Source: Candidatus Thalassarchaeaceae archaeon
GTDB taxonomy: Archaea > Thermoplasmatota > Poseidoniia > Poseidoniales > Thalassarchaeaceae
Reading direction: 5' to 3'
NCBI GenBank assembly: GCA_030747675.1
Contig: JASLKH010000095.1
Span: forward strand, 1-35,567
Length of the DNA: 35,567 nt
The first letter of the stretch is position 1. Every line of letters begins with the position of its first letter. The position numbers and the translations under genes were made by a program. Below are positions 27,553 to 35,567 of this stretch, piece by piece. The notes below the pieces were generated by a model. It was given only the letters and a program-made list of their open reading frames with translations. It was not told where the DNA came from and ran no database searches.

Positions 27553-28800
27553 ATGGCAGATGATGTGTTAACTCGATATGGTGTTGTTGAAATTTACATG
27601 GAACCCGGGCACCCTAGTCCAATGTACCATTATGGGGGGCATGTAGAACAGAACCCATATGGGGCCCTTGCGGCCTTATTTGCTGACGATCAGTTGGAGG
27701 AAGTGATGTACAACGGCGGCGCCCAGTGCGTGAAAATCGCTCATCGCGACCATGGTATTTGTCGAACAAATATTTGGGTGGATGATCAAGAAGGAATTGA
27801 GATCGCCAAAAATATTGCTGCTTTGACTAATGTGCCGCTGGGTGACGGACCAGGTTTAGTCCCGATATTTGATGGACGCCTTCCCGATGGTTCTCGAGTT
27901 AATGGCACACTCCCACCAATTTCACCAGATGGACCTACACTGACAGTCAGGAAATTCAGGGAAGATCCGATTACTATCATTGATTTGGTGAGATGGGGCA
28001 CAATTAACAGTCGACTTGCAGCAATGATGTGGGTTTGGGTAGAAGGACTTGATGCACGACCTGCCAACTTTGTTATTGCAGGTGGTACAGGTTCTGGAAA
28101 AACGACCACTTTGAACTGCCTTGGCATGTTCATACCTTGGGACAAACGCCTTTTGACTGTTGAAGATACAGCTGAACTGCAGGTTTATCACGACCATTGG
28201 TTGCGTATGGAAACAAGGCAAGAACGTCCCGATGGTACACTAGAAGTCACGATGGATGATTGTTTGAAATCCAGTCTACGTATGCGTCCAGACCGAATTA
28301 TAGTTGGTGAAGTGCGTGGCCCTGAAGCATCAACACTCTTGACTGCAATGAACACCGGTCACGACGGGTCATGTGGAAGTCTGCATTCTAATACTGCTGC
28401 AGAAACAGTCACTAGATTGTGTAGTGCACCAATGAATGTCCCACCGATTATGTTGACAGGACTTGATCTCATTATCATGCAGAGCCGAGTTCACCATGGT
28501 GGGCAAACTGCACGACGAATTACTGAGGTAGCCGAAATATCAGGAATGGAAGGGGACAAACCGCGATTGAATCCCATATGGAAATATGATGCATCGAAGG
28601 ATATGATTGTTGAAACAGGTGTGCCAAGCAAATTCCGAGAAACACTTTGTGACGTAGCAGGTATAAGACCTGCTGATTACGAAGCCGCTATACAAGTTAG
28701 AGAACAAATCATCCTTGATTTATTGAACAAGGGAGTTCGTGGTATTGAGCAGGTAACAAAGGTGTTTCAATCATACTACTCTTCAAATCGAAGAAGTTGA
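27553..28800 (+). CDS. CpaF/VirB11/FlaI-family secretion ATPase
   Basis: Walker A GGTGSGKTT, Asp box TVEDTAEL, LRMRPDRIIVGEVRG (Walker B), MNTGHDG and LHSN. AGGTGA SD before ATG 27553. Confidence 0.95.
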   Translation: MADDVLTRYGVVEIYMEPGHPSPMYHYGGHVEQNPYGALAALFADDQLEEVMYNGGAQCVKIAHRDHGICRTNIWVDDQEGIEIAKNIAALTNVPLGDGPGLVPIFDGRLPDGSRVNGTLPPISPDGPTLTVRKFREDPITIIDLVRWGTINSRLAAMMWVWVEGLDARPANFVIAGGTGSGKTTTLNCLGMFIPWDKRLLTVEDTAELQVYHDHWLRMETRQERPDGTLEVTMDDCLKSSLRMRPDRIIVGEVRGPEASTLLTAMNTGHDGSCGSLHSNTAAETVTRLCSAPMNVPPIMLTGLDLIIMQSRVHHGGQTARRITEVAEISGMEGDKPRLNPIWKYDASKDMIVETGVPSKFRETLCDVAGIRPADYEAAIQVREQIILDLLNKGVRGIEQVTKVFQSYYSSNRRS

Positions 28801-30570
28801 TTATTCGCTGGCTTCAGCGTCAAAACCTTTGGATAATCGCCCTAGTAATTCATCAGCCTTGTCAAGTTTTGTTTTAACCCTACTCACTGTTGAAATTTCA
28901 TTGGCTTGTTCGGCTACAGAAGCAGGAACTCCATGTGCTACTGAATCTGCAGTGGGTGCTGGCCTCCCCATGTCTTCTAAGAGACCACGAAGTGAATCAA
29001 CAACATCCGAAACTTTGTCTGGATCAAGCGAGAGTGCTGAAGGAAGCCCAGGGATGTCTTCGCTACCAATGTATCCCATCGCGGCGGCTAGAACACCCGC
29101 TGAAGAAATTGCTCTGGGACGAACTTCGGGGTGGCCCACATCCCATCCACGCCTCTCAAGGAAGCGAATAAGCAGTGCATGTTCAACTGGGCCAAATTGC
29201 CCATCTGACCTTCTGACAAGTGTTTCGACAATGCGTTCAAATGCTTCAATTTGCTCCTCAAATCGTTGTAAAGTCCGCATCGCATCCGCTGAAACATCTT
29301 GTGTTCCACGATATAGTACTTCCATTGCTCGATGACGACGTGCAGTCACAGGGTCCATTTCATCTTCGGATGCTCTTAGGCTAATTTGCAAATCAAATAG
29401 GCCATGGACACGACCGCTAATCCCTGGCAATTCCATGTCAAGACCTTCTTCCGCAGCCATGGCTTCAAATCGAACTCGTGCGAGGGCAATGTCTGATTCC
29501 TCTGAGTCAAGAATATCCTCTAAGGAATCTAGCAACTTTGCCCGGCACTCTTCGAGGCGACGCAATGCTTTCCGTTCTCTCCAAGAACCAGGGACTTGTC
29601 CACTTGCACTTGTTTCTTGATCACGTCTTCCTGCCATTGCTGTCAGTTCAGATAGAATGCGTTCGCGTACTGCTGCATGTGTGACACGAAATCCTTGTGC
29701 ACCCAAATCTTCAATGAATGCAGTAACATCATTTGCATCGTGTTCACGTCCAATGAGGAGAAACTCTCGGATGTGACAGTGTAATTCTGCCATTCTAGAA
29801 TCAAGTTCGATAAGTGCGGCTCCAGTGCCTTCGTCAATTGTAGATTTACCGAGTGGTAGAACATTTGCGGTTTCAGGTTCAACGATACCTTCTACTTCTT
29901 CAGGAGGTTCTTCTTCTGCTTCTGCAAGAACGTCATTCAATGCATCTACATCGACAGAATCAATTGATTCTTGAATCATTGCTGCAAGTTCCGCAGCTTC
30001 ATTTTCAGGTGGTGTAACAACCTCTTGGATTGAGACCTCAATCACCTCAGGGGTCTCATCAGGTGGAGGTGAAGGTGCCATTTGTTGGAATTTTTTTGGT
30101 GATTTTTTCCCACGTTTGAGACTTTTCTTTACTTTGCCCCATCCCCCATCATGAAGTGCAAGAACGCCGGCTACTCTGGAGAATAATTGTTGCTTACTTC
30201 CCGAACGCTGTAGTTCTAATGCCTTGCACAATTCATGCAATTCATCTCTGGTCGCTTCTGAAATTGTTTCGGGATTCAATTTTTTGGGATCGTGATTCAA
30301 ATGTAGCCATAAACGCTGCCGTTTCAACTTAATTGAGCCCGAGCGTTTAATTCCGAAGTACCCAAGTAATTCACCCAAGTCATTGTTTGGGATTTCTTGC
30401 AGAGATTCCCAGGATAAATCAACATCAGATAAAACTAATTTTTCTATGAGACGAGCGCGCAACTGCTCTACATTTCCTGCTTTGGAAATTTCATTTGATA
30501 TTGCTATTTCTCGAAGTTCATCGAGTTTTGCGGAATAGAACCCGAATAGCATATCCTCGTCGACATTCAT
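28801..30570 (-). CDS. Hypothetical protein with three tandem SAP/HeH-like motifs, basic patch, Pro/Glu linker and helical C-terminal region
   Basis: Three EL..L....L..SG.K..L..R repeats at about aa 12-44, 57-90 and 103-136. Confidence 0.7.
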   Translation of the reverse strand: MNVDEDMLFGFYSAKLDELREIAISNEISKAGNVEQLRARLIEKLVLSDVDLSWESLQEIPNNDLGELLGYFGIKRSGSIKLKRQRLWLHLNHDPKKLNPETISEATRDELHELCKALELQRSGSKQQLFSRVAGVLALHDGGWGKVKKSLKRGKKSPKKFQQMAPSPPPDETPEVIEVSIQEVVTPPENEAAELAAMIQESIDSVDVDALNDVLAEAEEEPPEEVEGIVEPETANVLPLGKSTIDEGTGAALIELDSRMAELHCHIREFLLIGREHDANDVTAFIEDLGAQGFRVTHAAVRERILSELTAMAGRRDQETSASGQVPGSWRERKALRRLEECRAKLLDSLEDILDSEESDIALARVRFEAMAAEEGLDMELPGISGRVHGLFDLQISLRASEDEMDPVTARRHRAMEVLYRGTQDVSADAMRTLQRFEEQIEAFERIVETLVRRSDGQFGPVEHALLIRFLERRGWDVGHPEVRPRAISSAGVLAAAMGYIGSEDIPGLPSALSLDPDKVSDVVDSLRGLLEDMGRPAPTADSVAHGVPASVAEQANEISTVSRVKTKLDKADELLGRLSKGFDAEASE

Positions 30571-30623
30571 GTGCGCTCATGTCCCTTGCGCATTGGCGCG
30601 ACTGTATATGTTACGCTTCTACA

Positions 30624-30640
30624 ACGGCCCTAAGGGCCGT
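30624..30640. repeat. Perfect 7-bp inverted repeat ACGGCCC-TAA-GGGCCGT
   Basis: Read directly; 26 nt downstream of the stop of 30667..31776. Confidence 0.7.
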
Positions 30641-30666
30641 CTTCGGACCTTGTGTGAATTTGCGGA

Positions 30667-31776
30667 CTAGATGTCAAAGAATGGTGGGCGATATGGCCCC
30701 AACCGGGGGTCTTCCAAGTTCTCAGCAGTTGTTGCATTAAGCATAGTTTCCCAATCATTTGCCATGAAACGGATAGAAATCTCGGCTTGGTCCTTTTTGA
30801 TTAGTCTCTCAAGTAGCAAAGTTCGAGTCCCAGTTTTGTCCATAGTTTCGATTAAGATTTCAATTAATGATTCATATTTCACAGGTTGTTCGTTAATTTT
30901 TGGAATTTGAATTTCCCCTTCCGCATCAAGGAGTGACGTGGATCTCATCAAATCCTTTTCTGATTCAGCTTGTTTGAGTAATGAACCAATTTGGCGATAT
31001 CTAACGATTAATCCAATACGATCATGTATTTCTTTCCCTATTGAATTCAACAAAATCCGTTCATATTCCCAGGCGATTTTTGCTTCCTCGTCACCAATTA
31101 AATCAGCAATATAGGAAGGAAAACCATTTCGTGAAACTAGTAGAGTTAATCCTTGCAATGGTGAAGGTAGAAATCTTACAGTTTCCCCTTCCCTTGGATC
31201 CACCATTAGTTTGTGTCTTCGTGTATCAATTTTTGTTTCATCAAACAAGTGCCTTCTAAGTGTATAGCCGTTGATGGTCCCTGATGACCTCAAATCCTCT
31301 AGCCAAGTTGCCATTTCCAATCCTTCTTCTTCAGATGGAATTGGCATCCCAACAGTATCTGCGAAGGCTACAGGGGACATTACCCTGTAGTCTGCTCTAT
31401 AGCGTCTCAATTGTCGCCTCTTGAGTTTATTTGGAGACAAAATTATTGATTTATATGGGATGTGAGAAGGCCGATCAGATGCGACTAGAATGTGACTTTC
31501 TTCACGTCTTGGAAGAGATGTAGCTACAGGCATCTCCTTTCTTTCTTCAGAGTTATGATTATACCATTTTATGGCTTCAATTGCGACAAGGTCGCACTCG
31601 TGTTCGGATAGAGATTTTTCGGCATCGCCAATTGAATTAGAATATGTGATTTCAATTTCAAATCCTTCCAACCGATTAGATTCTAACCACTTTTCCACAT
31701 GAGGGCGAGTGGGTGCATCTTTAGTTTGAACTACGAGAAGACGAATTTTTTCGGGTCCTGCTTCCGCTTCCGTCAT
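30667..31776 (-). CDS. Divergent HemC (porphobilinogen deaminase)-fold protein lacking the catalytic residues
   Basis: Colinear remnants: SIGD, CDLVAIEAIK, LPRREESHILV, SPNKLKRRQL..YRADY, FLPSPLQG and YERILLNSIG....IG. Confidence 0.65.
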   Translation of the reverse strand: MTEAEAGPEKIRLLVVQTKDAPTRPHVEKWLESNRLEGFEIEITYSNSIGDAEKSLSEHECDLVAIEAIKWYNHNSEERKEMPVATSLPRREESHILVASDRPSHIPYKSIILSPNKLKRRQLRRYRADYRVMSPVAFADTVGMPIPSEEEGLEMATWLEDLRSSGTINGYTLRRHLFDETKIDTRRHKLMVDPREGETVRFLPSPLQGLTLLVSRNGFPSYIADLIGDEEAKIAWEYERILLNSIGKEIHDRIGLIVRYRQIGSLLKQAESEKDLMRSTSLLDAEGEIQIPKINEQPVKYESLIEILIETMDKTGTRTLLLERLIKKDQAEISIRFMANDWETMLNATTAENLEDPRLGPYRPPFFDI

Positions 31777-31861
31777 AATCTCGCCTCAGGGCGAACACGC
31801 ATCGTGTCCGGCTCGTGGCGGCAGCCACCTGTTGATATATCCACCCCTCTTCGAAGGCATC

Positions 31862-32842
31862 ATGGAAGGGTCTGACGTGACTACGTCTCTTCTCCTAGAA
31901 CGGAGAATGGCAGTTGAAGATGCCCTTAATTCATTGGTTGATAAATCATTGAAAGGACCTACCAGTGCGGCGTTTGAATTGATTCAAGAAGTCCTTTTAT
32001 CAGGAGGGAAACGGATTCGTCCAGTTCTAACTTTACTTGCTTACGAATTGGCTGGAGGCCAAGACCTTAGTGAAGTCATGGATTTTGCGATTGCGACAGA
32101 ACTTATCCACACTGCAACTTTGATTCACGATGATGTCTATGATGGTGCTAAGTTCCGTCGTGGTGTTCAAACAATTCATGAGAAGCATGGTTTGGATCGA
32201 GCAATTATAGGTGGCGATTTCCTTTTCGTTCTTGGTTTTGGTTTCGGTGGCCGATATGATGAAACTATTGTTAGGGTTATGACTGAAACATGTACTTTGA
32301 TTGCGGCTGGCGAAATTAAGCAACTCCAACATATTGGTGATCTTTCAACGTCTCCAGAAGATTACTATGAAATCATTAGAGGGAAAACAGCAGGCCCATT
32401 TTCTTCTGCATGCGAATGTGCGGCTCGAATTGCGGGTGCGAGTATGGACCAAGTTATTGCCATGCGTGATTTTGGAATGGAACTCGGTATTGCTTTCCAG
32501 TTGGTTGATGACTTACTTGATTTGACGGGAGATGAAAGAATGGGTAAGCCAAGAGGAACTGATGTCCATGAGGGTAAAATGACTCTCCCGTTGATTCATT
32601 CTTTGACATTGTTGCATGGAGATGGCCGCCGTCAACTTGCAGAAGTTTTGGAGAATTTCCGCGAGGATCGTTGGGATGAATTGGAGTCATTGATTGAACA
32701 ATCTAACTCGTTCAATTATTGCCGTTTGTTGATTCAAAATCACCTCGAAAGAGCTTTAGAGCATTTATCTATCTTTGAAGAGAATGAAATTAGAGATGTG
32801 CTTGGTGACATCACTCGGCAGGTGATGATGCGCAATGACTGA
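31862..32842 (+). CDS. Polyprenyl diphosphate synthase (IspB-like, medium/long chain)
   Basis: GGKRIRP, HTATLIHDDVYD (FARM), GKTA, FQLVDDLLD (SARM) and EGKMTLP. Start at ATG 31862 or TTG 31832. Confidence 0.92.
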   Translation: MEGSDVTTSLLLERRMAVEDALNSLVDKSLKGPTSAAFELIQEVLLSGGKRIRPVLTLLAYELAGGQDLSEVMDFAIATELIHTATLIHDDVYDGAKFRRGVQTIHEKHGLDRAIIGGDFLFVLGFGFGGRYDETIVRVMTETCTLIAAGEIKQLQHIGDLSTSPEDYYEIIRGKTAGPFSSACECAARIAGASMDQVIAMRDFGMELGIAFQLVDDLLDLTGDERMGKPRGTDVHEGKMTLPLIHSLTLLHGDGRRQLAEVLENFREDRWDELESLIEQSNSFNYCRLLIQNHLERALEHLSIFEENEIRDVLGDITRQVMMRND

Positions 32843-33935
32843 CTCATTCCATCACGATGTCATTGTCATAGGCGGCGGCCCAGCAGGAAGTACAGTTGCT
32901 CGGTATGCTGCGGCTGGAGGGGCAGATGTATTGGTTATAGATGGGAGGGATCCAATTGGAACGCCATTGCAGTGCGGCGAGTTAGTACCTAGCAATGATG
33001 AGATGCGCCGCCTTTGTCCAGATGTCCCAGACATGGATGATTTATTCAAAACGCCTCAGTCTGCAGTCTCAAGAATTTCAACAGAAATGCACCTAGTTCC
33101 CCCTTCCGGAAACCCTCTTAAATTTCCTTTTGAGGGTTATGTACTCAATCGAGTTGCTCATGATGAAGCGTTAGTGGAACTGGCTAAAGAAAACGGAGCA
33201 AAGTATCTGGTTGATTCCCATGTATCGCGAGTTGAAGGGGAAACGGTATATCTTCGAAACGGCTCATCTTACACTGCTAAAATAATCGTAGGTGCAGGAG
33301 GTCACAACGATCCGCTTCGGCGCGATTTTTGGGATGAGTCCTCGACAAAAATACCAGTCAAATTCGTCTTGATGGACGGTGAATTTGGTGATGCAGTTGA
33401 ACTCCATTTTGGTTCTATGGCACCAGGTGGTTATGCCTGGATGTTTCCTAAATCGAGTGGGGCGAATATTGGACTTGGTATTCAACGCAGTTTCGCTAAA
33501 GGTCGCAGTCTCAATAAATATGCAGAGGATTTTATTTCTAAGTATGAAGGTGAAGTATCATTTCGTGGAGCCGGATCACTACCGATGTCAGGCTCAATTC
33601 GTACATTTGTCAAAGGTAATTACCTGTTAGTTGGAGATTCTGCTGGGATGGTATTGCCATCTAATGGTGCAGGCATCACTATAGCAATGATAGGTGGACG
33701 AATTGCTGGTCAAGTTATTTCGGAAAATCTTCAAAACGGAACAGCATTGGATGAATATGAAAAACGTTGGAAAAAGCAGATGGGTAAGGTTATGCGAAAT
33801 TCAAAGCGAGCGTTTAGATTTGGAAGTCTCATGTTTAGATTGCCTAATTGGATGTTGAATGCGCTGTTCAATCGCCTCACTAAGGGCATTATTTGGCGCG
33901 CAGTGACCTGTAGGCGAATGTTTTGGATAATTTGA
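32835..33935 (+). CDS. Geranylgeranyl reductase family FAD-dependent prenyl reductase
   Basis: IGGGPAGS, CGE, PGGYAWMFPK, ANIGLG and VGDSAG...PSNGAGI; overlaps the upstream gene by 8 nt. Confidence 0.92.
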   Translation: MTDSFHHDVIVIGGGPAGSTVARYAAAGGADVLVIDGRDPIGTPLQCGELVPSNDEMRRLCPDVPDMDDLFKTPQSAVSRISTEMHLVPPSGNPLKFPFEGYVLNRVAHDEALVELAKENGAKYLVDSHVSRVEGETVYLRNGSSYTAKIIVGAGGHNDPLRRDFWDESSTKIPVKFVLMDGEFGDAVELHFGSMAPGGYAWMFPKSSGANIGLGIQRSFAKGRSLNKYAEDFISKYEGEVSFRGAGSLPMSGSIRTFVKGNYLLVGDSAGMVLPSNGAGITIAMIGGRIAGQVISENLQNGTALDEYEKRWKKQMGKVMRNSKRAFRFGSLMFRLPNWMLNALFNRLTKGIIWRAVTCRRMFWII

Positions 33936-33977
33936 ATTCATGCGACTGTTTTCATACTTTGACCTTTTGGCCTCCTT

Positions 33978-34223
33978 GTGGATTGGGCACACTACTCACT
34001 TGCGCTAATCGCAGGATTCGCTCTGACACGTTTGGCCACAGAGAAGCTGAAGGTCCGTCTCAAGGGCGGTGGGTTCTGGGTGCACCATTGGATTCTTGCA
34101 GCGGTTGCGATGGTTGGGATCTACTTTACTGGCATCGAACACCCTGCCGTTTGGGGTGGATTAACTGGTGTCGCCCTTGAAGGCCTACGAAGGAAAAATT
34201 GGGGCCTAAAGCACAAAAAATGA
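33978..34223 (+). CDS. Small hypothetical membrane protein (81 aa)
   Basis: Hydrophobic segments and a WVHHWIL motif; GTG start; co-oriented with the prenyl genes. Confidence 0.6.
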   Translation: MDWAHYSLALIAGFALTRLATEKLKVRLKGGGFWVHHWILAAVAMVGIYFTGIEHPAVWGGLTGVALEGLRRKNWGLKHKK

Positions 34224-34227
34224 AAGG

Positions 34228-34244
34228 TTCCTCCTACGGAGGAA
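34228..34244. promoter_or_regulatory. Perfect hairpin TTCCTCC-TAC-GGAGGAA with a GGAGG Shine-Dalgarno in its 3' arm
   Basis: Read directly; the SD at 34238-34242 lies 7 nt before ATG 34250. Confidence 0.55.
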
Positions 34245-34275
34245 ACATTATGGCTGCAAAGTTATCACTTGGGCC

Positions 34276-35567
34276 ATGACCTCAACGACCGTCAACCGAA
34301 CCTTGCCGCTGGCCACCATATTGGTTGCGCTCACCATGTTCCTCGGTAGCGTGCCTAGCGTGGATATAGCAGCGCTAGCTTCTTACTCAGATACCGAAAA
34401 GGTTCAGACTGAAACATTTTACTTTGATGAAACGATTTACCATGAATCTGAGAACGAATTATTTGCATCACACAGGACATTGTTCACGACTCCGAGTATA
34501 CCTGGAAATGCTCCCTGGTATAATGCAGATGAGGCGACTTGCCTCGTAATCAAAGGATATGCACCGGTTTGGGATTGCAGAGATTTGGATGGTAGCCCTG
34601 GAGGTGCGCAAGGGCATTATCTTGAACACGATAAATACTCTTTCAATGTCGCAATGGTTTACCAATATAAAATCGAATATTCTGGTTCGGTTGAAATAGA
34701 GACTAGGACAACTTGGTCTTATGGCAGTGCTCCACAGACGACGATGACCGTTACCGATTCATCAGAAACCATGATTGTATCTGCAAAGGCATCATTACGA
34801 TTGAATCTATATCGACATTATGTTGGACCTAATGGCCATGATTATCAACTTCGCAATGAACTTCCATTCGACTATCCTGCCCTATCAACAAGCGATATTG
34901 ATGGGAGTGGAAACTCTGTTACAATAGGAGGTCAACGCTTCTACAAATGGGATCAATACAGTGTAGTTGATTCGGAATATAATCAGCAAGATGAATTGGG
35001 TTCAAAGCATACTTTAGCGGGCTCAAAAACTGTGGCGGAAATCGATTTGCTTGAATTGGCAGCAAATCGTGCCCCGAGTACGACGATTCGTTCTATCGCC
35101 ACTGCATTCAGTTATTTTCTTGAAATTAGTTTCCAAATAAACTTAAATTTGAAAACTGAAATGACCAATTACGCACAACTTTTCCTTGGCATGTCTTCAG
35201 TTCAATCAATAAGAAATAGTTTCAATCATCCAAGTCAGAAAGCCGCATATAATTGCGCATTAACTAGTTCAAATTATTGTATCAAGATGGTTTCTGGACA
35301 AGGTACTCAAATAAATGGATTTTTAGGATTTTATCATCAAATAAAAACCTCAGAATCCTATAGTGCGGATATTGTAATAGGTCCAGCAGATTCATGGGAA
35401 GCGCAATTATTGTGGTCTTTCTTCACAAATCAAGACGAATGGTCAAGAACACTCTCAGAGGGCCATTTCGCGACAGCAAGCACGGGATATCAGTTCACCG
35501 AAACATCTGAAACAATATCTATTGATTTGTCAGGATATGTACCTGCACCACCAAATAACGCCCCTAC
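34276..35567 (+). CDS. Large secreted/surface protein, 3'-partial, absent from the supplied ORF track
   Basis: Manually translated, stop-free from ATG 34276 to the window end (430 full codons). Begins MTSTTVNRTLPLATILVALTMFLGSVPSV (signal peptide) and ends ...YVPAPPNNAP. Confidence 0.85.
   Translation, partial: MTSTTVNRTLPLATILVALTMFLGSVPSVDIAALASYSDTEKVQTETFYFDETIYHESENELFASHRTLFTTPSIPGNAPWYNADEATCLVIKGYAPVWDCRDLDGSPGGAQGHYLEHDKYSFNVAMVYQYKIEYSGSVEIETRTTWSYGSAPQTTMTVTDSSETMIVSAKASLRLNLYRHYVGPNGHDYQLRNELPFDYPALSTSDIDGSGNSVTIGGQRFYKWDQYSVVDSEYNQQDELGSKHTLAGSKTVAEIDLLELAANRAPSTTIRSIATAFSYFLEISFQINLNLKTEMTNYAQLFLGMSSVQSIRNSFNHPSQKAAYNCALTSSNYCIKMVSGQGTQINGFLGFYHQIKTSESYSADIVIGPADSWEAQLLWSFFTNQDEWSRTLSEGHFATASTGYQFTETSETISIDLSGYVPAPPNNAP

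Noticed and set aside
26209-28800. Archaellum operon
   Set aside because: No archaellins, FlaH or FlaF/G; two separate short T2SSF genes rather than a full-length FlaJ.
25865-30570. Provirus or complete contractile injection system
   Set aside because: Only one small gene has a phage-like fold; no sheath, baseplate, capsid, terminase or portal genes were recognised.

Overview
Gene-dense archaeal chromosome segment, most consistent with Marine Group II Euryarchaeota (Ca. Poseidoniales, Thermoplasmatota). This assignment is inferred from gene content: archaeal RibB/RibL/RibH, multi-OB RPA plus an RPA32-like partner, FlaI/CpaF-type ATPase with T2SSF proteins, geranylgeranyl reductase and membrane-anchored surface proteins, mixed with bacterial-type genes. 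The window holds 34 CDS and one tRNA-Phe(GAA). One CDS (34276 to window end, partial) is absent from the supplied ORF track. No transposase, integrase, CRISPR array or rRNA was recognised. Best leads: (1) a small gene resembling the phage DNA-circularisation/tail-tube-initiator fold, translationally coupled to a pilin-less TadC/TadB/ATPase operon; (2) a membrane-anchored animal-type heme peroxidase abutting a CRTAC1/FG-GAP surface protein; (3) a HemC-fold pseudoenzyme; (4) a triple-SAP-motif protein; (5) a long structured RNA in the RPA operon leader; (6) a family of short GC-rich intergenic hairpins. All family calls rest on manual motif recognition; no database searches were run.
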